In this document: positions 1 through 8,577 of the stretch, in pieces | Layout of the letters: each line of letters opens with the position of its first letter | Numbering within the stretch: the first letter of the stretch is position 1 | Source of the DNA: an uncultured virus (IMG/VR IMGVR_UViG_3300031993_000050) | Taxonomy: Duplodnaviria; Heunggongvirae; Uroviricota; Caudoviricetes | Length of the DNA: 64,000 bases | Reading direction: 5' to 3' (one strand) | IMG/VR virus record: IMGVR_UViG_3300031993_000050 | Notes under the pieces: model-generated | What the model was told of the DNA's origin: nothing | Seen by the model: the letters and a program-made list of their open reading frames with translations, nothing else | Databases searched by the model: none | Made by a program: the position numbers and the translations under genes

Positions 1-933
1 GCTATTTAAGTCCCAAACAAATTTTGGATCTATTTGAAACATCATGTTCCGGCAAGTTGATGTAACTGTATCATTAACGTATGGAAAATTAGTTAAATTT
101 ATCATGCCGGCGAATGCTCCGCCAATATCTGTTACTGAAGCGGGTAACTCAGGAAGTGAATCTACTTTAGAGCAACCCCAAAACATACCAGACATATCTT
201 GTACATTGTTACCGTATCCGTTTATTGATGTTATGTTTTCACACCACTCAAAAGCATGTGAAGCATTAACAACTGAATCAGGTAGTGTTGGAACTGAAGC
301 TAACTTAGAACAGTATGCAAATGCACTTTGTAAATTTGTAACTCCGTTTGAAATTTGTGGTGGATTTACTAAGTTTTTACAGTTTTGAAAAATACCATTT
401 GTTTTTGGTACATTAAAAGTTTCAATTACGTCTGCTTCTGTATTACGGAGTAAAGTCATCTGACCCATGTACGGTAACGTAATAGTAACGTTTATACCAT
501 CAACGTTATCTATGGTAGCAGTGCCCATTTTATAATAAGAGCCTTCACCTTCCCACTCATAGTATTCATAGGCGTTTACAACAGCACCGGTGGTGGGTTC
601 AGCATCAACAAATATTTTTGAATACAACATTCCTGACCCATCATCGTCTAAATTATAATATCCACGCTGTGTAATAATAACAGCGGTGTTTCTAACTGAA
701 GCAGGAATGGTCGGTGCATTTGTTAAGTTACTACATTTATAAAAAGCACCTCCTAAGTCAGAAACAGTCGTACTTAAATTAGTAACAGATGTTAAATTCT
801 GACAGTTTGAAAAGGCACGAGAACCATCATTGTTTACGAAAGGCGTGTTATTTGCATTAACACTAACGATATTCATATTGTTAGTAAACGTTCCCTTGTC
901 TAAATAAACTTTATTTACATTTACGATTGACAT
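1..933 (-). CDS. BspA/TpLRR-type leucine-rich repeat protein, putative receptor-binding/adhesin (3' end outside window; absent from ORF track)
   Basis: Manual translation from ATG 933 (SD GAGGT) is open to position 1: MSIVNVNKVYLDKGTF...AFSNCQNLTSV...AFYKCSNLTNAPTIPASV...FQNCKNLVNPPQISNGVTNLQSAFAYCSKLASVPTLPDSV; recurring AFxxCxxL..P.IP.SV repeats. Confidence 0.85.
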   Translation of the reverse strand, partial: MSIVNVNKVYLDKGTFTNNMNIVSVNANNTPFVNNDGSRAFSNCQNLTSVTNLSTTVSDLGGAFYKCSNLTNAPTIPASVRNTAVIITQRGYYNLDDDGSGMLYSKIFVDAEPTTGAVVNAYEYYEWEGEGSYYKMGTATIDNVDGINVTITLPYMGQMTLLRNTEADVIETFNVPKTNGIFQNCKNLVNPPQISNGVTNLQSAFAYCSKLASVPTLPDSVVNASHAFEWCENITSINGYGNNVQDMSGMFWGCSKVDSLPELPASVTDIGGAFAGMINLTNFPYVNDTVTSTCRNMMFQIDPKFVWDLNS

Positions 934-942
934 TTTCTACCT

Positions 943-1179
943 CTAAACGTTAGGTACAGTAACATCTGTTGAGTTACCAGTATAGTTTGTAATGATAGCA
1001 TCATCTCCGCTCATTTGATAGTCAAACCCGTCAAGGTCAACTGGAGTAAGTTCTCCTGGAGTAGGTGTTGGTTCTGGATCAAAATCAATTACCTCTGTAT
1101 TACCAAGGTATATTTTGGTGACTTCAACGTCACCAAAATATGAACCGAGAATATCTAAAACACCGAGTTTACTTGCCAT
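943..1179 (-). CDS. small tail-fibre adaptor protein with C-terminal LRR N-cap-like module
   Basis: 78 aa; N-terminal VTKIYLG motif, Pro/Thr linker, C-terminal FDY...AIITNYTGNSTDVTVP. Confidence 0.6.
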   Translation of the reverse strand: MASKLGVLDILGSYFGDVEVTKIYLGNTEVIDFDPEPTPTPGELTPVDLDGFDYQMSGDDAIITNYTGNSTDVTVPNV

Positions 1180-1186
1180 AAGTCAC

Positions 1187-3472
1187 CTATGATGCCTGTT
1201 GTTCTGCTCTGATTAAGTACCAGGTTGTTGAAACCAAAGTACCTGCTTGTTCCATTGCATCGTATTCAGCTTGTGTGCACAGTACAATGTTACGAATATC
1301 TGTTGATGTAACCATGTTCGCAACTGATGTCTGTGTAGCATAGGTTGATGCAGCCTCTGTTTTTGTTAAGTAAGAACTTAACGAGGCAGAAATCTCACCT
1401 AATGCAACAATGGTAACTATATCAGTTGCTACTAATGCTGTTGTAAATACAATGTTGTTAGTACTAATTGCGTAGTCGTTTGTTGATGCTGGATCAACTG
1501 TTGTTTCGCGTTGCAATACACCATTTTTATAGACTAGTATTGCGTCATAATCAGAAAGTGTAAGACCTGTAGCTAAAGTTGCTCCTGTTTGATCTGTAAA
1601 GGACACCACTGTTGGTGCTACACCTGTACCACCACCGCTTACAGTTGCCCATGACGCTGTTGTACCGTCCGTTGTTAAGAACTTACCGGATTGACCTGTT
1701 TGGTCTGGTAATGAGTCACCAGATGCAACAGTCGCCCAGGTACCATCTGATTTCAGATACTTATTTGTATCTGTTGTAGCAGGAGCAGGTACAAGACCTA
1801 CGCTACCAGATGCAGAACCATCGGTACCAACAAAAGTTGAGTACGTTGTATTTGCTGCACTGATTGAATAGGTATGTTCACCTGATGCTGCATCATAGAA
1901 GTCAGTCGGAACTGTAAAGTCCGCCGTCCATCTTGCAGTGCTAGATACACGTAAACCTTGTAAGTATACTAAACCACTTGAACGTAATGAGAAGGCTAAA
2001 CCTTGGCTTTGTGTATGGGCAGAACCTGAGAAGGTTGGGTTGTCCAAGTATTTGCAAAGAACACCGTCTACAAATACGCTAAAGCGTGAGTTTGAAGCAT
2101 CCCACACGTATGCGTAATGGTGCCAATCTGTATCAAGTGTTGGGAAGGCTGATACTGTTACAGCAGATGATTTGTTGCTGAATACTTCAAATGCATACCC
2201 TGCACCATACTCTGCTCCTTCTTGATTATATACGCCAAACTCATATGTATACCCCGACTGACCTGATGCTACGTTTGGAAGTACGATATCTACTGAAGCT
2301 AATGTTGTGTCAGCACATTTTAAGAAATAATCTACTGTAAAGCTTTCTGTTGCATCTACAGATAAGTAGTTATTAAATGCTGCACTACCAACATGATAAC
2401 TCATTAAAGTACCAGCAGTTACCAAGGCATCTGCATTAAAGTGCGGTGCTGCGTTTGAGAAGTCTACCGCATATGTTGAATCAGTAGTCCAAGAGGAAGA
2501 ACCAGAAACTGAATCTTCCAAGTCTTCTGACATCTTGAAGTAAGCTACTGTATCTGAATCAAGTGCACTATTCTCAGTGATTGTTACGTTGTTTCCAGCG
2601 AGTAAGTTTGTCTTTGTGTATACATTAGGTGCGCTTACAGTTGTTCCACTGATTGAGATGTTGGCACCTGCTGTATAGGTTGTATCTGTGAATACTGCAT
2701 CGGCAGGAACTGACTTAGCTAACGAGTAAGTAGTTGCTGTTGCTGTACCATCAGCTGCAATATATACAGGTTGTGTAGCGGAACCAGCGGCTGTTGATTC
2801 TGTATGTGTAACAGCGGTTGCTGTTTGTTGATAACCGGAGAGGTCTACAAACCCAGCTAATACGTCGAATTTGTAAGTACCTGACGTAGGTTCAACTACG
2901 ACAACGTTTGTTCCGGCTGGATATGAGTTACCAGCTCCTTCAACGAAGTCTGCTGTAGTTGTGAAAGAGTCAGTTACGTTGTAAACGTTGCCGAGTACAG
3001 ACGCACCTAAGGTTGGTAAGCTGGCGAATGCTACTGACCCAGCAGGTTTGTATACGGATGAAATTGCCGTGTCGATAGCTGATTTAACCGCCACACCTGA
3101 TTGAGCGTTTGTAGATGTACCATCATAAGTTTGATCTACTGTTACCGCTGCAGGAATGGTAGGTTTGTTTGTTAAGTCGTTATATGACCCTGAGGTTGCT
3201 ACTGTTGCCAATGAGGACTTTGTTGCATATGTTGAAGAAGCATCACTCTTTGACAAGTAAGTTGTACCGGCATCGGTCTTTGTAAGATATGTAGTAGCTG
3301 CGTCTGATTTAGCTAAGTATGTTGAAGCAGCATCTGTTGACGCAAGTTTTTCGTCTACTTTCTCTTCGAGAGTAATGCCAGAATCGGTTGCACCGTAAAC
3401 TACGTTGACACCCTTGGTTATTGGATAAAGAACATCTCTACCACTTTTTAATAAAATATCTTTTTCTGCCAT
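1187..3472 (-). CDS. tail fibre protein with LamG/concanavalin-like domain
   Basis: 761 aa, Thr/Ala/Ser-rich; LATVATSGSYNDLTNKPTIP and LPDQTGQSGKFLTTDGT fibre motifs; LamG-like FTVDYF...WHHYAYV...FVDGV...LRVS.TARW; C-terminal TQAEYDAM...WYLI module. Confidence 0.8.
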   Translation of the reverse strand: MAEKDILLKSGRDVLYPITKGVNVVYGATDSGITLEEKVDEKLASTDAASTYLAKSDAATTYLTKTDAGTTYLSKSDASSTYATKSSLATVATSGSYNDLTNKPTIPAAVTVDQTYDGTSTNAQSGVAVKSAIDTAISSVYKPAGSVAFASLPTLGASVLGNVYNVTDSFTTTADFVEGAGNSYPAGTNVVVVEPTSGTYKFDVLAGFVDLSGYQQTATAVTHTESTAAGSATQPVYIAADGTATATTYSLAKSVPADAVFTDTTYTAGANISISGTTVSAPNVYTKTNLLAGNNVTITENSALDSDTVAYFKMSEDLEDSVSGSSSWTTDSTYAVDFSNAAPHFNADALVTAGTLMSYHVGSAAFNNYLSVDATESFTVDYFLKCADTTLASVDIVLPNVASGQSGYTYEFGVYNQEGAEYGAGYAFEVFSNKSSAVTVSAFPTLDTDWHHYAYVWDASNSRFSVFVDGVLCKYLDNPTFSGSAHTQSQGLAFSLRSSGLVYLQGLRVSSTARWTADFTVPTDFYDAASGEHTYSISAANTTYSTFVGTDGSASGSVGLVPAPATTDTNKYLKSDGTWATVASGDSLPDQTGQSGKFLTTDGTTASWATVSGGGTGVAPTVVSFTDQTGATLATGLTLSDYDAILVYKNGVLQRETTVDPASTNDYAISTNNIVFTTALVATDIVTIVALGEISASLSSYLTKTEAASTYATQTSVANMVTSTDIRNIVLCTQAEYDAMEQAGTLVSTTWYLIRAEQQAS
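3220..3340 (-). repeat. four tandem 10-aa repeats (S/T)DAxxTYLxK within the tail fibre
   Basis: TDAASTYLAK SDAATTYLTK TDAGTTYLSK SDASSTYATK in the translation; boundaries approximate. Confidence 0.8.
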
Positions 3473-3477
3473 TTAAG

Positions 3478-4755
3478 TTACTCTCCTATTTCCTCACCGA
3501 CATATGCAACTGCTGCTTCAAGAGCTGCAATACGGGATTCTAAAGTTGCTACGGCAGCTGCGATGTTTCCTTTAGTAGCGAGCTCATTTGCTTCTACTAA
3601 ACGCTCATTGGCTGCTTGATTTCCTTTTGTATAGTACATGCCCCCTTTTGTAAGGTCAATGCGTGTACCGTTGAACTTGTTTTCGTTGTCTTTCTTTAGA
3701 ACATAGATCTGACCGGCAATACCATTCTCTCCACCATCATTAACTCCGGTGAAAGACCAGGTACCATCTGCGTGCTCAAATTTAGCACCGCCTCCATCAG
3801 TTTCATTGAAAATGAGGGCTTTACCTGATGCACTTGTAAGCTCTTTGTCTACTTTCGTAGCATCTGCAGCTGAACGAGCCGCTGCTTCGGATGCAACTGC
3901 ATCTGTTACATCATGTTTGACTGCTACTTCATTCTCAGGAATTGCTCTTTCTGCAAAAGATTTATTACCAACGGTATAATACATACCGTCGTTTTTAACG
4001 TCAAGTTTAGCACCTGTCCATTTACCACCAACTAAACGGTCTGCATAGATTTGTGCGACTAAGCCATTTTGACCTCCGTCATGCACACCTACGTAAGATT
4101 CAGTACCATCGTTGTGTAAGAATTGTGAACCGCCACCATCTGATTCGTTAAAGATAATTGCTTTACCATTTGTACCGGTAATTTCTTTATCTACCTTTGT
4201 GGCATCAACGGCTAAGCGAACTTGAGCTTCTGCGTCTACAGCGGCTGTTGCAAAGTCTTTTGCATCTTGTAAGATAATTGCGTCTGCTGCTGTTGCAAAA
4301 GCCTCAGCTGCTGAAACTCCTTCTTGTAATTCAGTTTTGGTAGCAAGTGTACTAAAATCAACGAATCCGCCTAGGTTATCCCAAGCGGTTCCGTTCCAAG
4401 CCAGGTTGTCGTTTGCGTTTACATGATGCTCAGCATCTGCTGTTTCTACATTGTAAACGTAACCTGCTTCTTGTTCTGTTAAATTGGTAGGGAGGTCGTT
4501 ATAAGTAGCTACAGAGCCCTGGTATTTGTAAACGGCAGAAATCTTACCATCGACTTCTGTCTTGGTATAATAATTTGTGTTAAGATCGTCTGTTAAGCTT
4601 TCAATTGACGCAGTATTTGCGGCAATGTCTGAAGAGTTTTCAGCTATGTCTCCGTCTAAACGTTCAACGTCAGCATGTAACTCTTCTCTTAATTCATCGA
4701 TCCCTTCTTGTTTACCCTTCTGAGTAAACAGACCTTGAGAGAAGAATGATCCCAT
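3478..4755 (-). CDS. tail fibre/appendage protein with two 114-aa tandem domains
   Basis: 425 aa; coiled-coil ends, VYKYQGSV...GYVYNV module, duplicated DATKVDK...IFNExDGGG...GMYYT domain. Confidence 0.65.
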   Translation of the reverse strand: MGSFFSQGLFTQKGKQEGIDELREELHADVERLDGDIAENSSDIAANTASIESLTDDLNTNYYTKTEVDGKISAVYKYQGSVATYNDLPTNLTEQEAGYVYNVETADAEHHVNANDNLAWNGTAWDNLGGFVDFSTLATKTELQEGVSAAEAFATAADAIILQDAKDFATAAVDAEAQVRLAVDATKVDKEITGTNGKAIIFNESDGGGSQFLHNDGTESYVGVHDGGQNGLVAQIYADRLVGGKWTGAKLDVKNDGMYYTVGNKSFAERAIPENEVAVKHDVTDAVASEAAARSAADATKVDKELTSASGKALIFNETDGGGAKFEHADGTWSFTGVNDGGENGIAGQIYVLKKDNENKFNGTRIDLTKGGMYYTKGNQAANERLVEANELATKGNIAAAVATLESRIAALEAAVAYVGEEIGE

Positions 4756-4756
4756 G

Positions 4757-5035
4757 TTATGCCTCCGTTGTGTCTTGGATTGATGTTACGATACCACACT
4801 CAGAAACGGAGTCTGTTTTGTTTTGATAAACGGCACAAATCCAACGAAATTGTCCTTGAAGAAGGTTAATACCCTCTTTAACTTCGTCTGTGATTTCTGT
4901 CATCTGTTCCAAGGTAGGTTTGTATGTAGCTAAAGAAATGTAAATCTTAGCGGAACCTTTGTACTCCAACGACGGGAGTGGCGTACCACTAGAGTATACG
5001 TTAGCTCTGTAGATTTTATTTGATACCAATTTCAT
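4757..5035 (-). CDS. hypothetical virion protein
   Basis: 92 aa ORF with SD GAGAGG, directly downstream of a motif copy. Confidence 0.6.
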   Translation of the reverse strand: MKLVSNKIYRANVYSSGTPLPSLEYKGSAKIYISLATYKPTLEQMTEITDEVKEGINLLQGQFRWICAVYQNKTDSVSECGIVTSIQDTTEA

Positions 5036-5048
5036 TTATAATACCTCT

Positions 5049-5070
5049 CTATAAACAACCTATGTGTTCA
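5049..5070 (-). promoter_or_regulatory. phage-specific promoter-like motif, copy 1
   Basis: minus strand TGAACACATAGGTTGTTTATAG, intergenic. Confidence 0.8.
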
Positions 5071-5073
5071 ATT

Positions 5074-5463
5074 TTAGTCCTTCAGTTCGAAATGAGGTTT
5101 GTCGACGATAGATGTCCAACTACCGCCCCAGACCATCTTTACACCTAACTGTTCTGCCTTTTCCAAGACGATCCCGGCTAGTTCAGCCCATGCAGGATCG
5201 TCGGAGTTGATTTCTTTATTCTCAAGACGTGGAACCGGCCACGGCCAAATATCTATTGCCTTTGATGGGAAATAGTTATGTTTGCTATTTGGCCACTTTA
5301 CTCTAGAAGTACCTTTATAAAACATTACGTCCTGGTCTTCTTTTGTTCTGTACCCTTCTATGATTGTAAAATCGTGTGTTTTAATTACCTCAAGCATTAC
5401 CCGTTGGATGTCTGGATGGCATTGCATGAGCTTATTTAATGACTTTTGTGATAATTCAGGCAT
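5074..5463 (-). CDS. endolysin, peptidase M15 family (L-Ala-D-Glu peptidase, T5-like)
   Basis: LSQKSLNKL..CHPD, EGYRT, SKH...AID, WGGSW...DKPHFEL motifs; catalytic domain only. Confidence 0.9.
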   Translation of the reverse strand: MPELSQKSLNKLMQCHPDIQRVMLEVIKTHDFTIIEGYRTKEDQDVMFYKGTSRVKWPNSKHNYFPSKAIDIWPWPVPRLENKEINSDDPAWAELAGIVLEKAEQLGVKMVWGGSWTSIVDKPHFELKD

Positions 5464-5464
5464 G

Positions 5465-7255
5465 TTATTCCTCCTCTACCGGCGTAGATTCCGTTGTGTC
5501 GAAACCTATGACGTGGTGGTTTTGCTGCATGATTATGTTGTTAATTGCTGTTATAGCAGCATTTACTGTCACTAAAGCTGCTTCTACATTAGCGAGACGT
5601 GCTTCTATAGATGACGGACTTTGTGGATTTGTGATAGCATCAATCTCACCTTGAAGTTGCTGTGTTGCCGTTGACAGTGCTGTTGCTGCATTTGACGCTG
5701 CTGTTGAAACAGCTGTATATACGGCACCGGACTGAATCAGTTTAACAGACCCTTGTGTAACTGTTGTATCTATAACTGATGTATCAATAGTATTAACAGA
5801 GAATTCAGCTCCGTTAGGGGTATTTTGTAGAGTTAAACCGTTTCCGGCAATATAAACATCTACAAGGTCTGTTGCATCAATTTCAATCTCATCACCATTT
5901 GCTAGAACCAAAACAATCTTTTTGGTAGCTGAATTGTAATAACCGTGGTCTACGAGTAATTCCATCGGTAAGTCGACAACGGCTGGTACGCCAGAATCAC
6001 GGGTAAAGGTTAATTTACCTGTTGTAGCATTATACGTTACGCCATTAAATGTTGGGTTAATACGTTCTGATAACGATGTATCTTCAGTTTGTAATCCACT
6101 GATTGCTAAATCAACGCCGTCTAAATGCTCGTCAATTTCTGCGATGTTGCCGTTTACCTGTGCAATCTGACCGTCTACATAATCAGTTACGGTATCGTGT
6201 ACGTCTACAATACGACCTTGTACCCATGCTGTATTTGGTACTGTCGTGTCAGAAGAATTATCTGAAAGTTCTTCTGCTGTTTTTAATCCGGCTGAAAAGG
6301 TCTTTACACCAGAAACTGTTTCTTCCCCTGCTTTATGAACGGCAGCTGCATCATTAGCTATAATCGTTGCATTGATTGTATCAATAGCGTCACCATGCTC
6401 AGTAGCAGTTGTTTCAAGTGTTTCAATACGAGATTCGTGGTCTGCAATGTCTGCTTCGTCAGCAATTACACGTGCTTCAAGTCCTTCAATGTCTGCTTCC
6501 AGCTCGTCATCTTTTTCAATACGGGCTGCACTTTCTTCACTTACAGCGTTAAGAATTGCTGTTGTTCTGTCAGCTACTTCTTGTTCAATGGCTGCAGCAA
6601 TTGCCTCATTCCTGTTAACAACCTCTGCTTCATCAGCGGCTGTACGATTATGAATTTCTGTTTCAATTGCTTGAGTTAGTTCATTTACGTCGTGTATGCG
6701 AGCTTCTGTCTCTGCAGCAAGTGCTGCTTCTTCTGCTGCTGTATGAGCATTAAATTCATCTCTGTATACATAATCCTTGTCAAGAAAGGCAGTTGCCATG
6801 TCCTTTCCTGGATATACAGATGTGATTTCACCGTTCTCAACAACAAAGCTGCCAATGCGATAGCCTTCATTAAATGCCGACGCAGCTGCTGAATAATCCG
6901 TAGATGTTGAATAAAACGGAAATACTGGTGTTAAAGATTTGGAGACTAAAATATCTGTTGCGAGTCCGTTAGATACAGCAAATACATACCAGTTCCCGTC
7001 TTCAAAAGTTTCTTCTGCCGGTACAGCACCGCTTCCAGCACCAACGTCAAATAATGTTGTTACATCTTTTCTGTAATCTTCTGTGAGTTTGTAGAGACGG
7101 TTGTTTGCCATCACAAACCCTTGAGCAATATACAGAGTTGTTCCGGAGAATGTCAATGTCATCCCAGTAGGGGCATTGTATCCACCAGAGCTAATATCGC
7201 TGTACGGAATTTGGTCAAGTACAACATCCACGCTTACTAAATCGCTACTATTCAT
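5465..7255 (-). CDS. coiled-coil tail fibre/whisker-like protein
   Basis: Likely start ATG 7255 (SD AGAGGGAG); long acidic heptad region, AVHKAGEETVSGVKTF fibre motif. Confidence 0.65.
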   Translation of the reverse strand: MNSSDLVSVDVVLDQIPYSDISSGGYNAPTGMTLTFSGTTLYIAQGFVMANNRLYKLTEDYRKDVTTLFDVGAGSGAVPAEETFEDGNWYVFAVSNGLATDILVSKSLTPVFPFYSTSTDYSAAASAFNEGYRIGSFVVENGEITSVYPGKDMATAFLDKDYVYRDEFNAHTAAEEAALAAETEARIHDVNELTQAIETEIHNRTAADEAEVVNRNEAIAAAIEQEVADRTTAILNAVSEESAARIEKDDELEADIEGLEARVIADEADIADHESRIETLETTATEHGDAIDTINATIIANDAAAVHKAGEETVSGVKTFSAGLKTAEELSDNSSDTTVPNTAWVQGRIVDVHDTVTDYVDGQIAQVNGNIAEIDEHLDGVDLAISGLQTEDTSLSERINPTFNGVTYNATTGKLTFTRDSGVPAVVDLPMELLVDHGYYNSATKKIVLVLANGDEIEIDATDLVDVYIAGNGLTLQNTPNGAEFSVNTIDTSVIDTTVTQGSVKLIQSGAVYTAVSTAASNAATALSTATQQLQGEIDAITNPQSPSSIEARLANVEAALVTVNAAITAINNIIMQQNHHVIGFDTTESTPVEEE

Positions 7256-7586
7256 TGACAACTCCCTCTTTAACGTAGAATGGTCCTGACGCACATTCAT
7301 TTACATACGATTCCCGTCTTACTTGAAGTCCCCACCAGTAAGTGGCTACAGGTATTTTAGTATCTTCCGGGAGCATTGTAACTGTAACTTCATTTGTTTC
7401 AGTATTTTCTACGATTTTAGAAATTAGGGCAGATGAATCAGGATCTTTTTTTGATTTCTTAACCATGAAAACAAACGTATAGCCGGTTACATTAAACGGA
7501 GTACGGTCTGGACCATACATACGAAATTTAAGACTACCAGTATTACCTTGAACTATACTTACAGTCCGTCCATCTAGCCTAATCAT
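7248..7586 (-). CDS. BppU N-terminal-like / fibre-attachment protein
   Basis: 112 aa; I.QGNTGSL.F...PFNVTGYT..F.VK...PEDT...YWWGLQV pattern typical of small Ig-like baseplate adaptors. Confidence 0.55.
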   Translation of the reverse strand: MIRLDGRTVSIVQGNTGSLKFRMYGPDRTPFNVTGYTFVFMVKKSKKDPDSSALISKIVENTETNEVTVTMLPEDTKIPVATYWWGLQVRRESYVNECASGPFYVKEGVVNE

Positions 7587-7880
7587 TTAATTACCTCGTT
7601 TATAAATATATGTATCTATTTTGTTTTCTGTACGAACAACATGCTCTTTAATTTCTTTAAGAGTAGTACTTGTTTCTACAGTTGTTTTTTCTAAAGCACG
7701 GATACGTGTTTCGTGCTCTGCTACCTGAGCGGTAGCGTGCGTTGTATTGGCATAAAATAAAATCATTGTGACAATCAGCGCAGCCATACCGGAGATCACA
7801 CCCCAGTATTTAACAATTGAATCGCGGTGACGCTTTTCCATCTCTTTGCATACATCGCAACCTTCTGCATCCTTACACAT
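7587..7880 (-). CDS. putative holin / single-TM membrane protein
   Basis: One hydrophobic helix (WGVISGMAALIVTMILFYA) followed by a coiled coil (HETRIRALEK); near the endolysin. Confidence 0.5.
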   Translation of the reverse strand: MCKDAEGCDVCKEMEKRHRDSIVKYWGVISGMAALIVTMILFYANTTHATAQVAEHETRIRALEKTTVETSTTLKEIKEHVVRTENKIDTYIYKRGN

Positions 7881-7881
7881 T

Positions 7882-8577
7882 TTAGTCTCCTATATTAGGA
7901 ACCGTTGTATCGGTATCCTGTCCTACATAACCTGTAATGGTGGCATCGTTAGCTTCGTCAATTGTGTACTCATATCCTGCAAAATCAACTGGATGAAGAT
8001 CCGGTTCAGGAGTAGGAGGAGTTGGCGGAACTGGTGCAGGTGTAGCACCATCAACAAGCTTATCCTTCAAAATAAAATATGACCCTGCAAATCTACAATC
8101 TGGGATCTTAGCAATGCTGACAATTATCTCAGTAACTCCATCTGTATTTTTCTTTACGAAAATATCTTGTGGAATAACTTCTCTCTTGTGCTGAGCGTTG
8201 TTAATTTCCCATAACTTCAAAATAAAATCATTAACCGGATTCACAACCGGTATTCTCAATTCAAACGTATCGTCTTCGACTGTATCCTGGTCTGTCCATG
8301 ACGTAGCTGTTGATGTGAATGTGCCTTCAATTGCCTTTGTTGAATACGAATCAATTTGTACCCAACATCCTAAAAGGTCTTCATTGTTTGTAGCAATTAT
8401 AGATACGCCATCATCTACAGGCATCTTGGTAGCGTCTTCGTATTCAACGTACTGGTACATGGTCTTGTTTTCTAAAACCAAAGACATGTTACCGGGGAAC
8501 GCATTTACTTGTGCACGCAAATCATCAAGTGTGCCTACTGTTAAGTACCTGAGTTGTATCTGTGCTACGTTAGACAT
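7882..8577 (-). CDS. putative fibre/baseplate adaptor with C-terminal LRR N-cap-like module
   Basis: 231 aa; Pro-rich linker then PVDFAGYEYTIDEANDATITGYVGQDTDTTVPNI. Confidence 0.55.
   Translation of the reverse strand: MSNVAQIQLRYLTVGTLDDLRAQVNAFPGNMSLVLENKTMYQYVEYEDATKMPVDDGVSIIATNNEDLLGCWVQIDSYSTKAIEGTFTSTATSWTDQDTVEDDTFELRIPVVNPVNDFILKLWEINNAQHKREVIPQDIFVKKNTDGVTEIIVSIAKIPDCRFAGSYFILKDKLVDGATPAPVPPTPPTPEPDLHPVDFAGYEYTIDEANDATITGYVGQDTDTTVPNIGD

Noticed and set aside
1..3472. Diversity-generating retroelement acting on the LRR or fibre genes
   Set aside because: No reverse transcriptase and no template/variable repeat pair were seen in the window; one could lie outside it.
5049..5070. 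Resemblance of the motif (TTAGGT...TATAG) to SP6/T7 promoters
   Set aside because: The spacing differs, TATA is not conserved in all copies, and no single-subunit RNAP is in the window; this is not enough to assign the polymerase type.
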